From Lama guanicoe (taxonomy: Eukaryota), in contig MU053754.1 in NCBI GenBank assembly GCA_013239625.1, positions 555,379 through 619,378 of the forward strand: a stretch of 64,000 nt of DNA. Reading direction: 5' to 3'. Under the pieces are notes generated by a model, which was given only the letters and a program-made list of their open reading frames with translations, did not search any database and had not been told where the DNA came from. Positions within the stretch are counted from its first letter, which is position 1. Every line of letters starts with the position of its first letter. The position numbers and the translations under genes were made by a program. Below, in pieces: positions 23,949 through 36,870 of this stretch.

Positions 23949-24290
23949 CATGGTTTCTCATCTGTATCACTGTGGTCATTTTGGCCGGATGATTGCTGTG
24001 GGCTGTTCTGTGCAATATAGGATGCTCAGCGGCTGTCCTGTGTACTGTAGGATGCCCAGCGGCTGTCCTGTGCACTGTAGGATGCCCGGCGGCTGTCCTG
24101 TGCACTGTAGGATGCCCGGTGGCTGTCCTGGGCGCTGTGGGATGCTCAGTAGTATCCCTGGCCTCTGCGCACTAGATTCAGAGGCACCTCCCTGTCCTGA
24201 CAACCAAAAATATCTCCACACATTGTACATGTCCCTTTTGGGGGAACTGAAGGGTGGACAAACAAACCTGCCCCTACTTGAGAACTACTG
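23949..24290. mobile_element. MER20 hAT transposon with internal minisatellite
   Basis: Ends catggtttctca / tgagaactactg; internal atccctggcctct..cactagat..tgacaaccaaaaatatctcca matches MER20. Confidence 0.85.
24001..24150. repeat. Minisatellite, 5 x 30 bp (GGCTGTCCTGTGCACTGTAGGATGCCCAGC)
   Basis: Five in-register units read directly. Confidence 0.95.
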
Positions 24291-25222
24291 AGGCAAATCA
24301 TGGGATTTTTATATAAATTTTAAAAATTTCCATTTAGAAACTAGGGGTAGAATTATAGATTATGACTGAGATTTCTATTCGAGTAGAGTTTTCAGCATTT
24401 CCATTATTAAATGTATGGGGTTTTAAACATGAGTTTCTAGAGAAAAGTAGACCAGATAAAGTTACACTTTAGGTGTTTCTGGAGACATATTTTTGCAGTG
24501 TTAATATATTAAAATAGGTGCCATAGGGGTGACACTTACTTTTTGTTCGGTTTCATCAGAGTTTAGATAAAGAATCGGCCTTTTTTTCCCTGTCAATTGA
24601 GCAAGTTATCATATCTCTGAATAGACGCTGGTAGAATTTCTTGTCAAATACAGGGATGAATTCTGTGGAACTGCAGTTACCAAAACGATGCTTTGCTGGT
24701 TATGACTGGTGAGCACGGCACCTGTTCCCGATGAATTTAGGTGGGAATATTTTTCCCCGAGGCAGTTTGCAGTCAAATCAAGACCTGCTGTAATTGCTTC
24801 TCAGTGGTGCCAAGTTTTACTTTTTTCAGCCCTTTCTGTCAGATTGCCACTGAGAGGACTGAATTGCAAGGAACTGCAAATAATTTGAATTGGGTGTGTA
24901 TTAACTACAACAATCCTCTTTCTGCCAAATGCAATTTTTTTTTTTACTAAATTCACTGTGTGTGGCAGGGAGGAATTGGAGAACAAACACTTCACTCAAT
25001 ATCTCTTGAGTTTTGGGACAAGTCAGAAATGAAGCCTGAGTAACCACAGGTGCTCAGAAAGGAATGCAAAAATATTTCTGATGTGCTGTTTGCCCATTAT
25101 GCAAGTATTTGTTTTATTACAGCTATTGAAATACCTTTACAGATATTTTCTGGCAAAGCCAGCATTTATTTTGGAAACATTTACTTGGCTTTTAAGGTTG
25201 CTGTTACTCAATTGTCTGCTCA

Positions 25223-25314
25223 ATGGAGGAAAAAAGTGTTTGGGAAATGCTTTTCAGGTTAGCTGTCGCAGGATGGCTTCTTTTTTCCCCTCAAGAAGAA
25301 ATCTTTGGGGTTAG
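25223..25314 (+). other. Candidate alternative first or 5' exon end (ATG...AG|GTGAGT), unverified
   Basis: Consensus donor TAG|GTGAGT at 25314/25315; open frame MEEKSVWEMLFRLAVAGWLLFSPQEEIFGV from ATG 25223; lies in a block with no repeat I recognise. Confidence 0.2.
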
Positions 25315-25688
25315 GTGAGTGTTAAAGTGGTTTGGGAATCAGAGAAATACCCGAGGAAATCAGAAGTCAGTCTGATTGCTACAGGAAGGTGACAGTTCTC
25401 AGCAGAAGGTTAAGAATTTTCAAGAAGGAAATACAGGAACCCCAAAGGTAAAACCTGGAGAAGAACCACAGGCAGACGTGAGACTAACGGAAGGCAGCAG
25501 CAGACGGAGCTTCAGGGGAGCGAGGAATTGCACTTAGTTCTAAGTTTTCTGTTTTCCTCTTTTCCTTCCTCAGCCCCGTCTCCCTATCAGAAGCGGTCAG
25601 GGGAAGTTAGGAGGCAGGAGAGTGAGGCAGGCTTTGGTTGGGCGTGAATATATTTCCACTCAGCTAGATTTATGAATGAAGGAGAATA

Positions 25689-26148
25689 TGTCGACTGAAA
25701 AACGCAGAATGTGAGAGCTGTGAAGTTAAGTTTTATTGGAGGCAAAATGAGGACTACAGCCTGAGAGACAGCCTCTCAGATGGCTCTGAGGAACTGCTGT
25801 GAAGGGCTGAGGGGGGAGGTCAGTGCATACGAGGTCGCAATGAAGGCGGCTATGTCCAGTCAAACACACGTTTAGGCTGAGGCTTGCTGCTGGTCACAGG
25901 GACCGTGCGTCTCCGTTAGTGATTCTGTTGATTTCTGCATGTGAGAAGGTGCAAGAAACTGGGCTCATAAAATCTCCTGAAAATACCTGTCTGAGGGCCT
26001 GTTCTGCCGGTTCTCCCAGAGCACAGAGCGCCTGTTCCTGATCTCCGCCTTGAGCGCCTTTCAGGGGACGGTAGAGGTCAGCGTCTGCAGTGGTTAGTGA
26101 CTTCTTTCTCATAGAACCAGATGGCAAGTGACAGTTTTTAGTTTGGCA
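25689..26148 (-). mobile_element. ERV1-type solo LTR, same family as 17043-17498
   Basis: TG..CA ends, minus-strand AATAAA near 25733, homology to the 17043 copy; no TSD seen. Confidence 0.75.
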
Positions 26149-28687
26149 GTCCCGAAGACAAGAACAAAATCAGGGTAATAGTGAGATTCCATGGGATGTC
26201 TTGGGTGAGGAAAAGGGTAAGACGACTCAGCACTGAGATTAATCAAGACATGGTGAGCTGCGGGAGGAACAGTGGCCTGACATTCCTGCGTGAGATGAGT
26301 GTTGGCAGTCCCCAGCGGACAAGGCAAGTGGAGGGGTGAACTCTGAGTGACAGCCTGGGACGGCTTTCATGTGCAGCTGCATTTCTATTTCTGCTGCTGC
26401 ACAATTTCTCCTGTGATGTAAGCAGGGCACAGGGTGACAAGACTCAGGACAACAGAGCCCATGGGAGAAATATTTCATCTAGATTGCAGAGATGTGGTAA
26501 ACAATTAAAATAGCCTTATTTTATTAATCGTGACATTTCTCATAGTGTTGCCTCAAAAGTATTGCCAAACCTCCCCCCCCCCATAGCATCTCAGCATCAA
26601 GTTTGAGAGCATGGCAAAGAACAAACAACACGCCGGGTTTATCCAAGTGGGGAATCTGATACCTATAGATTTTATTAGCTTGATTCAGAAAGTTAACAGG
26701 TAACACTTCCACTTACAGATTTTTCCCTCATGACCTGGACAGACATAAATGTAGTCAGTCATTTTTGTTATCAGGAGTGTTAGGTGTGCTGCCTTTCACC
26801 CCCTCCTTCTGTGAGAGCCGTCTGCGTATCCCCACTCCTCTTCTCTGCACTGTTCGGAACCTTCTCTTCTCCCGATGTCCCTAACCCCCAGCTCACCTCT
26901 CCTCTCTGACTGGGCTGGATGCCCCATTTCAGGTCTCTGCTTCTTGGCCTCTGGCCACCTCAATGCACATGGCTTCCTAGGAGCGGGGGGAGCTGCAGGA
27001 GAGCAGAGGTGATCCTAAGTCACGTTCTGTTAACTGTGGGAGAAGAAATATTAATGGAGTGGTTAGATCAGGCGGTGTCTGAGACCCTCATGTTCCTTGT
27101 GGGCACAGGTTGGATGGTGGACTTTGGCCCAGGCTGATTAGTCACAGCACCACTGCCCCTCGGTTTAGCTAAAGGCAGCAGCGCTGGGCGGCAGGTGGTG
27201 CGCACACCGCCGCGTGCTTCAGCAGCACCTTAGAAAGCTTCCAACTGATGTAACTGACTTGCTTCTCACCAGACGATAAAACATGTGACTCTGGAAATAC
27301 AGAAAGGGGCCTTTACCTCCTTTTTCTCATCATGTCTTCATCGAACTGCCTCCTTTGTGGCACCAGAAACCCTTTATTTTACAGTCTCTTTCAGCGCCTT
27401 ATTTTTTCTGGTTGTATTATTAAGGATATGGCCCAGGGGAAGGTGCCAGTCGAAGGTGGCTGTGATCGTGAACAGAGAGATGTGATTCCTCCTCCTCCTT
27501 CTGCAGGTCTGCAGGGTACTACCTGCTTGCTTCTGAAAGGGCTGTCCTCTCTCATCCTGAGGGGTGAAAGTGCTTTGATGGTTATTAACCAAGTAGCTCC
27601 CATGAACAGCAATGTGCATGGTCATTTATGTCCACTTATGTTTCCAGAGGCTCCATGCAGTGCCTCGTGCATGGAGAATGCTCAATACTCGTTTACGGAA
27701 ATGAGCTAAACTAAGATTAAATTGCTCTCTGTAAAGCTCACGCTAGAGTGAAAATTGGGGATATGAGAAAGTGGGTGGCATCCGTCATCATGGAGCTGAG
27801 TATTTCTAATAAAGTTTAAACTCTTGGGGAATTTGCCTTCATCCCAGGCCTTCTGTTAGAATTCATTCATAGGTTGGGAGAAGCTGAGAAGTCCTGTCAT
27901 CACCACACCAGGGGCAGCACAGAAGAGTTCTTTCTGCCCTGAAACGTTATCCAATAGTACGTGGCTGCCGCTCTCCAAGAGCATTTGAAACCCAGGATTA
28001 GAGCTACCCAATCCAGCGCTGATACCATCTGAGTTTTATTACAGAATTTCCATCCCGGCAGCCCTGTCACCTGAGGCTGGTCACGCAACGGCAGCCTGTT
28101 TCTCAGATGACTGAGAACACGCTCGTTCGCGTGGGGGAGCTACACACTTTATGCTAGGGGGGCGTGGAAAGCTAATGCTTGAAATAAAGGTTAACTTTTC
28201 TAACTTGATGATTGAATATTCTGGTGATTCTGATATATACAAGTATTAAATTAGATATTGTGACACTCAAGATTAAAAAAAAATCTTTGTTTAGTACTAT
28301 TTCATGTTAAATAAACAAAATACGTGTGCTTAATATTTTATATTTAAGTTTTCGTCAGCTGAGTTCCCTTTAATGCTTTCTCCCCAAACCCTTCGAACTA
28401 AATTCATGTTAGCTAGGCTGATAAAAATATCACCCACATTTCTGGTTTAAGGAATGTATCTCTGCGTACATTACTAAAAATAGAGTTCACTTGCAAATGT
28501 TAATCCTTATACAGGTAAACACAGGAGTGGATGATGGGCTTAATGGGAGGGGGGAAAGGCAGAGAATGTGACTAAGTTGTGTTCCAAAATGGTGCCAAAA
28601 AAACAAAAAGAGAGATGAGAAGAAACAGAATTCTGAAACAGTGTTCAAAGGTGATGCTAAGAGACTGGAAAGCGGTAGAAAGAGACT

Positions 28688-29280
28688 CAGTGGTTTTCAT
28701 GTGGGATGTCACTGCTTCTGAGGGGGACGGTTGAAATCTGGAGGGGGCCATGCATTAGTTGTCACAATCCTAGCGGGGGAGGATTCCACAAGGATTGTAA
28801 TGCACGGGAGGGTTCTGCGACAGCGAAGGGCCTCGCGTCACACACGTAGCTTCTGAGTGACTCACAGCGTAGAGCTGTCTGTAATTCTCCAGAGCTGAAC
28901 ACTAACTTCATTATGCATAGAAACTCCAGGCATTTTCTTTATGGTTCTAATATATATCGAGTATTCCAGCAATGCAGTCTGCAGGCAGCTTGAAGAAATC
29001 TTTTACTTTGTTTCATTGAAAGTGTCACTGACAGTTGTTGCTGCTGGGGAAAATCCTGTCACTTTTGACAATGCCCCTTGCTGTCTGAGTCAGAGGTAGA
29101 CACTCCAGTATCAGGCTGCAGGTGATATTATGTATTAATGGCAGATTCACAACTGTACACTGATACACTTATGTGTTTTCAAAATATCAAATTTTGTCAG
29201 AAGTGTCATTATTCAGTTGAGCAATGTCTTCTTATATCCAAGGTTGTTTTTCAGAATGAGAGGCAATCAGAGAACCACCT
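28688..29280. mobile_element. MER20B-like hAT element
   Basis: Ends cagtggttttca and gagaaccac; internal ttagttgtcacaat..gggg; heavily diverged. Confidence 0.45.
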
Positions 29281-30529
29281 CTTTCTGCAAATTCTATTGT
29301 CCTTGTGCCCAAGTATTTAAATACTTAAAAACAGAATTATATGTAAGAAAAAGAGACTTATAATAAATTAGACTGTATTTCGGCTTTGTATTGCAATGGG
29401 CATTGTTCCCTGTAACATTTATAGTAATATTTGTAGGTAGACTATAGTACCTGTGAATTTCATCTCAGGAGAATTAAAAAGGTATGATGAAATGGTCACG
29501 GTCCAGAAAGGTCAAGAGAAAAGAATCCTTGATGTAAAGGATGCAGAACCTGGGAGGAGCCGTAGGCGGTGGGGGCGTGGAAGATCATCAGTGGCGCTCT
29601 AGAACATCAGGGAAGTTTAGGCTTTAAGAAAGATCCACATGCATGTATGGGAAGGGCCAAGGAGATGCCAGGGACGCCCAGGGTGGAATCACTCTGGCAC
29701 AGTGGAGTCACTGCTACAAAATGTTGCACGTAAATTAAAAGTAAATATGTAGCATTTTTTCTAAGCCTAAATAATAGGAGTTCACATCCTAGTTTGAGTG
29801 AAAATATGTAACATCGATATGGGAGAAGACAGTTGGTTCCAAAGTTTAAGAATGGAATCAACTTTGTAAAAAACATGACTAAAGGGGCTAATTCTTACAG
29901 TGTTAAAATAACCTTTATAAGTTTCTAAAAACCTTATGATTAAATTTACATATAATTATATATATTTGCAGTTACTATGTATCATTATAATAGAAAAATG
30001 ATTTTTTCTCCACTATTTAAAACTTTAAAAATCCTTCACCTTGAGAAGATCAGACAGTCATCCATGCTTTCTTCTTGACATTTCATATTTTAAATTGAAT
30101 TCTCTAAACCATTCAAGATTAAAATTAGTGTTTGAGATGCTGTAAAACTCTGAATCTGTTGTTTTACCTGGATAGCTAGCCAGTCGTCCTGATACCATTT
30201 ACTGCACAATTCTTTCTCTCTAAATAGAGAAGTTCTGGGTTATTAATCTTCCTCTCCCCTCTCCCCCCATGGAGTTATGCTTAATGTATTTTACCAGTTT
30301 CAGCTCAGGCACATTACACGAACAGTAGCCTGACGAAAGTCCTAGCAATAGAATATGAAACAGCTTATTTCCGTGACCCCTCACACACACTGGTTATTTC
30401 CTATTTTTATTAATTGTGATTGAATTTGATACATGAGAAATGTCTCATTATTTTGATTAACAGGATTGAGATTAAATTATTTTAATATTGAGGTTAAATT
30501 ATTTTAGAAAGCTACTGGCATCTTTTTCT

Positions 30530-30678
30530 TTTTCTCAGGACACTAATCCCATCGCTGGGGCTGCACTGTTATCATGCATTCATCTCCCATAGGCCACACC
30601 TCCGCAGAACATCACATCGGGTGTTAGGACTTCAGTGTATGATTTTGGGAGGGGACACGAACATTCAGTCCATGACAG
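30530..30678 (-). mobile_element. MLT1A/MST-like LTR 5' fragment
   Basis: ggacactaatcccat..aggccacacctc..catcacatcggg..ttaggacttca..ggggacacgaacattcagtccatgaca. Confidence 0.75.
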
Positions 30679-30899
30679 CATCTCTTCCACTACATAGACT
30701 GCAGTTACTTTCCCAGATAATGAACGAGGGAGTCTTCTTTTTCTATGTTTCTGTTAAAATGCAAAAAGATTAAGTTTATGTATACTGAAAATTTTAAATT
30801 ATTTTGGGTTTTGTATGTGTATTGCAGTATCACATAAATATTCACTCGTTTTCATCCGGTTCTCAAAATTTTTATATTTAACTTCTCAACCTTCTCAGA

Positions 30900-32170
30900 A
30901 GGAACTGATTGTGTCCATGAGCTAAAATTTTAGTTTTCTGGAAGCATCAATATAGTCTTCCTTTGCTCTTTATCTTGAATAGAATGCTTAAGCTTGATCC
31001 TCGGTAGCGAGATTAACTGTTGCTACTATTGATACTCAAACTATAAGAATTGGCATAAATAAATACACTATTAAAATTAAATTACTGCATCTTTATAGTA
31101 CCCTTAGTGTATGAGGGTGCATGTCCTGCGTTACTTTTTTTTCCTTGTTAAAAATTCAAGGGTATTTTCAAACATTAATTTTTCCCAGTTATTTTTTTGT
31201 TACAATTTATGATTCTTTTTATGTGTCCAGTACATTCTTGAATTTTTTTCACAGTAACCCATTTGTTCTGTTATTATTATTTTACTGTTATTATTAGTCT
31301 TACCTTTATTTCCCCTCTAGGTAAAACAGGAAATTATTATCAATATCTCCATATGTATTTCAGTCACGTTTCTTACCTGTGACTTTTAAACAGGTGAATT
31401 TAGTAGTTTTTAAGCCTAATGTAATAGTCTGTATGCGCGATCTTAATTATATCATCTTTTTGGGTGTATTATTGTGACTATCATAGTTTCTGAGTGTGTG
31501 TTCATGTGCCAGTCCCCCCACCTGTACCATTGTTGTTGTCTTTCCGTAGAATTCTAGGCTGCATGTGACTTTTGTCTCCTGAGTCATGTAACTCCTGAAG
31601 GTTACTTTTACATTTTAAAGAACACACTTTAATCTGCTTGTCTTCAGTCATCACCATTGTTAATAAAATTTTATTTTTCAGTGTTCTTCTCTTTCCTCAC
31701 TCTTCCTAGTTCTTAGCTATCATTTGCATTCTGTAGAACTTTGCATCTGAAGTTTTATTAAATGATGTTTTACATTGATCTTCAAGAATTATTTGTACAT
31801 TTTAGTTAACTTTTACGACAGTATAAATATCATGTGTTTTGAGTTTTTCCTGTTCCGAGTTTCTCGACTTGCCACAACTATTTTCACTGCAGCTTTTCTA
31901 CTCTAGACTTCAGGTTTATTCATTCTAAGGTGGTGAGTGTAATTTGCTTTTCACGGATGATATACCCCCGATCCTCTGCGTGTCCTGAAATGGTCTTTCA
32001 TTGCTCCCGTTCCCTGAATCACAGTTAGATAGGCAGAAAATTCTTGGATCATGAGTTGTTGCCTCAAGTGCTTATTAACTTGGGTTTAATGTCTTTGGTA
32101 CTTAATATAATGGAGAAGTTTTGAGCCAGTCTGACTTTGTTCTTTTGATGTACTTTTTTTTTTAATTTCT
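30900..32170 (-). mobile_element. Very old L1 (L1M) fragments
   Basis: T-rich degenerate sequence with L1-antisense-like motifs (aaaattcttggatcatgag, ggagaagttttgagccagtctgact); boundaries uncertain. Confidence 0.4.
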
Positions 32171-35098
32171 ATTTTTTAAATGGAAGTGAGAACACCTTTA
32201 AAACACACACATTTTGATGGGTCAGGTGGAGGTATGGATGTCACAATCAGTTTTTTCTGCAGGAAATCAGTGCTTACAATCTCCAACGCCACTGTGAATT
32301 CCCCTTCAGGGAAATCCAGAATTCCTACCTCAGCCCTCTCTCCTCTGTACATTCCCTCTTTTCAGAGAGATCTTACCCACTTGTCAAAGCCCTTCTTTCC
32401 TAAGAGGGTGTCTAAAGTTTGTCCTCTCTCTCAATAACCCATTTCTTTGCATCATTAATTCTGCTCTGTATCTGGGTGTCACTGTGCCCGATGGAAGTAG
32501 AAAGACTGGGGGGTGGGGAGGGGACTGGACCAGCGTCCCGGGAACTTCACAGCCTGCTTCCGCACTGTGTTTCTACCTTGCTGAATAATTGGAGCTGACT
32601 TTGAACTATAGATAATACAGTGGGTCAGCAAGGGCCTCTGATTTATGACTTGTGGACAGGAATTCCCAGAATTGAATTAAGCTGAATACCAGCTAGTTAA
32701 CTCTCCAGAATACCAGCTCCTTAAGTGCACACACACACACACAGACCATTAGATGAGTCAACTAATTCCTGTTTTTACGTATAACTTCGTACGTGACAGG
32801 AGAAGTGTGAAATTGGTTACACCCGTGAAGTAGATGCAGTGTCTTCAAGTGTAGCTGCTAAAGAGGAAAACACTCGTCTGTGAAGCTGAGGGACTTCTGG
32901 CTGACCGTCAAACTCTAAGGCAGCTGACAGTCAACTGAAATACTCTGTTTCAGTCATCTGAAATTCTGCAGATTAATAATGCACAGGACGGTGCAGGAAA
33001 CTAGAAACAGACTTTGTAATTCTACCCACAGAGGCTAAACTCAATCCTTAATAAGGATGAGTGGTTAATTTAGCCTACAGTGACTCTTCTAAATAAGCCA
33101 GGATATTATGTTGCGTGCATGAAATACATTTGTTACATCAAACACAGAATAGTATGCATATGGTTATTGGCATTAAAGTATTTTCCCTTCTCCATTTAAT
33201 AAATAGTACACAGAGATAGGTATTTAGGGAATACAGATGCACCAAGTTATTAGATTACCCATGGTCACTATGTACGTCAATTTGGCTTTAGGTAGCTACT
33301 TACTGTTTTGTTTTTTTTTTTCCCCTTACCCCCATCATCCTTGTTGTGAGTGGAGATTTTTCTTGCCTGGTCAAAGAGCTTTCAGTGGTGGTATGAGAGA
33401 TTGCCTTTCTTTGTCTCAAAGGTATTTCAGTGGGAAGTTAGAAATCACAGGAGCCACGTTTCCAAGGCTGTCTGCATTCCCTAACAGCTCTGTGACCTGG
33501 GGCACGTCCCTTTCTCAACCTTGTTTGCACGGGTGTGATCAGGAAGTAGAAATGGGCTCATCATCACTGTCTCTGGCACTTGCGAGCAGTCAGGGACTGG
33601 TCCCTGCTGTCAGTGTTTGCAGAGTGGGAAAGAGGTATCAGAGACTAAAGGGTGCTGATCTCGTCTGCAGGAACTCCACCACAAGTGGCTTCCGAAAGTA
33701 ACTGTTAAATGAATGAGAGCTGGGTGAATGAGGGGACTCCTCAACAAGCCAACACGGTGGCCCGCAGAAGGCTTCGTCCTGCGCAGACGAGAGCAGCCCA
33801 CCTTCCCCTGGCTGTCATCCACCTTTTCCATGCACCTTGTGGCTTCTTGCCCATAAAGACGAATTTCAGATGTGCAGTCTTCTGAAAGTCAGCTACCCGG
33901 GATGACCCCTCCTCTCCAACCCTTCTCTTCTTTTGAACTTTTCCCAACCAGGTCTTGACTCCCTGGCCCCAGACTTCCTGCCTCGTACCTGCACTGGGTC
34001 TTCAGGTTTGGGGTTTTTACGTGCCGGTGTCTGTGTTTCTAACTATGATTTCTCGTAAGGTTGTTGACTGGGTTTAACCCTGCTGTTCTCCGTGATCTGA
34101 GACACAGTATTCCTTCCATTAAAACATCTGTGAACTAATCTGTTTCAGGGGAATAATAGTTCCAAGTTACACGTCTTGAATTTTGGTATCACTCTGCTCA
34201 TAGGTTGATATTTAATGCATGAGTATAGTATGATAAGTAATAAATGAAATTTAAAAGTAGCTATGAGTTAAAACCTATTATTTTACAAAAATTTAAGATA
34301 AAAATCAAGTAAAGTTAGCATCATTCATTATTTTGGATCAAGTAAAAAGAGCTAACATTGCCTGAAAATGGGAAAAAATGAATACATTTAATTAAATTCT
34401 ATTTATTGACAGGTATGCAATGAATTCACTTTGCTTGTTGTTTGACCCTTAAATCAGAACGTGCAGTACACATGCTTTTTTTAAAACCATCAAAAGGGAA
34501 CCCCCTCGCAGTGATGACAACATCCAAGAAACTGTCCACCTGGAAACTGTAGGTGCCCTGCGGACGGAGGGCAGCAAAGTCTCTTGTCGTCACAGTGTGT
34601 TGCCACAGTTTGCATCCACAGCTCTTTGCAAAGCCGGTGTCTTCCACCCAATCTCACTGTGTCCTCTTTTCAGATTTCTCTCACTGCCTCTCTGCCTACA
34701 GTCACTCCCTGCCAGTAGCACAGGACCTCTGGTTCATGAAGGGTACGAGACTCTACGACTTGGGAACCTTCTTTAACCTCCCTTGAGATCTGCATCACTC
34801 TGCTCGTAGCCTGAAGGTTGTGAGGCTGTGGAGTCATTGTGCTGAAAATCCAAAAGGTCACGTTGTCCGTCACTATGCGCACTCTAGAAAATCAATGTTT
34901 AATAATCATAAAAACACGGTTTTTGAAAGTATTACCAAAAATAGTATCCTTACAGAACACCTCGGCAGTGTGCCTTAAAATCGTTCCCTGTTCCCCTGTG
35001 GGTCACTTGGAATCTACTTCTGACCCACTTTGTGCGTAAACCCGGGGGACAAACCATACTAAGCCCTGTCCCTCAAACAGGTCTGGCAGGAACCTGGC

Positions 35099-35316
35099 CC
35101 GTGGCTCTGAGCTCCTGCACCACCGACCTGCAGAGGGGGTCGTTCTCCCGGGGGTGGTGTGCTGTGCCCGGTAGCATGTTCAGAAGCTCCCCTGGTCCCC
35201 ACCCACGGGGTGTAAGTGGCCATCCCCCTCCCCCCCAGTTATGACAGCCAAGAATGTCTCCAGATGTGGCCTGGTGTCCCCTGGGGGGCACAGTAACCCC
35301 CAGTGGAGAATCACTG
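35099..35316. mobile_element. MER20 hAT transposon, GC-enriched copy
   Basis: ccccagttatgacagccaagaatgtctccaga..tgtcccctggggggca..cccccagtggagaatcactg matches the MER20 end. Confidence 0.8.
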
Positions 35317-36039
35317 AGCTGGATCGACGTCCTCCTCATACCAGGGCTTGTTACTAGCCCCTGACTGTGGGAGATGTGGCAGATTACATCAGAACAATGT
35401 ATAGACGCTGGGGAGAGACCGGTCTCTGTGACATAACTTTTATCGCCCAGCTCAAAATCCTTGCAGGTGCCTCCTGATAGCCATCTGGACTGTTTGAACT
35501 CCACCTGACTAGGCACGCAAGATTCACGCGCCTCGGGATTTTGTGGTCAAACCAAGGTGTGCTCCAGTCATTAATGTAAAACTATCTGAACTTGAGCAAT
35601 ATGTGTTTCATACACACATATGTATGCATCAATTTAAAAAATCAGCTTAATCTAATCAAACACTTGGGCTCTGAAAAATATTTTTAAAGAAGGCAGTTGT
35701 ACCAGCAATATAGTTCTCCTTGATATTAAAAAAACTTAAAGTGGAAAGAAGTCAATGGCATTTTTCCTGTAAGATAATGTTTCTTCATTCATGCTCCTTA
35801 GCAAATGCAGTGTCTTTGAGTACTAAGTATTTTTATTATGCAGAAGTAAAGGTTTACTTATTTCCTAAGTTATTTCCGGTGACTAACAATGTGTATGGTC
35901 ACCAGTACACTAGCAAAATATTTCCAATCCTTCAGAACTAATTTTTCTGAAATCCTTTGAAATTCCTGTTGGTTTGAAAGAAATTTTAATCCAACTATAT
36001 ACTTCCTGGTTTTTTTTTTTTTAATCATCTTTAGCATAG

Positions 36040-36870
36040 TTGCCAAAAACATTCCGGAAATTTTTATTTTTCCTAAGCCATTTGAAGCCAGCAGTTGACA
36101 TGATACTTAATGTGAGTGTTTCATGCAAAGTATGACATCTCCTACAAAAGCACAGGACAGCCATCAAAATCAGGAACTTGACGTTGGCGTGGACAACGAC
36201 AGACCGTGTTCAAGTGTTGCCAGTCATCCTAATAGTGTTCTTTACAGCAGAAGGATTCAGGACAGATCGTGCATTGCATTCAGTTTTCCCGTTTCTGTTG
36301 CTCTCCTTCAATCTGAAATAGCCTCTCAGCCTTTCTTTACCTGTCATGACTTTGATATTTTTGAAGGTTGCATGGTACTTGCTTTGTCTCCCAGGCCTCA
36401 TGTCGAGTTTGTCTTGTGTTTGCTCATGGCTAGATTTTGTCAGCAGGACCACCATCCGTGTGATTCTGTGTTCTCTGTGAGTCTCCTCTGGCGCTGTGCT
36501 TGTCTCATGACTTGTGGTTTTTAAACTTGATTGCTTGATTGAGGAGTAAACTTCCATGTTTTCCCATTGCAATCAGTAAGTATTTTGTTCAGAGATACTT
36601 TGAGGCTATGTAAATATCTTCTTCCTCGTCAAACTTGCACCCACTAGTGTCATCATCCATTGATAGTTCTCGAGTGAATTAATTGTTGCAGTGATGGTTG
36701 CCAAAGAATGAGGTCCTGATTCTGTCACTTCTGCTTTCCTTGGTTCACACTGTATTGTATGGGAGAGTTCTCTCCTCTGTATGTATTTATCTCAACATAG
36801 ACCCAGATTCCTATTTTACTTAGAGGATTATAGTCTATTTGTTTAATGCTTGTTTATTTAATGGTCATTT
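36040..36870 (-). mobile_element. L1MC-like 3' UTR fragment
   Basis: atcaaaatcaggaacttgac..tgccagtcatcctaatagtgttctttacagc..gcattgcattcagtt; similar to 22850-23425. Confidence 0.6.

Noticed and set aside
23950..24291. Cys-rich repetitive ORF (GCPVHCRMPG)n as a metallothionein- or keratin-associated-like protein
   Set aside because: It is the translation of the 30-bp minisatellite inside MER20; several frames are open for the same reason.
27264..27310. Minus-strand 21-nt microexon (cccctttctgtatttccag|AGTCACATGTTTTATCGTCTG|gtgaga)
   Set aside because: Plausible splice signals but on the strand opposite the inferred gene and common by chance; worth revisiting only if the host gene is minus-strand.
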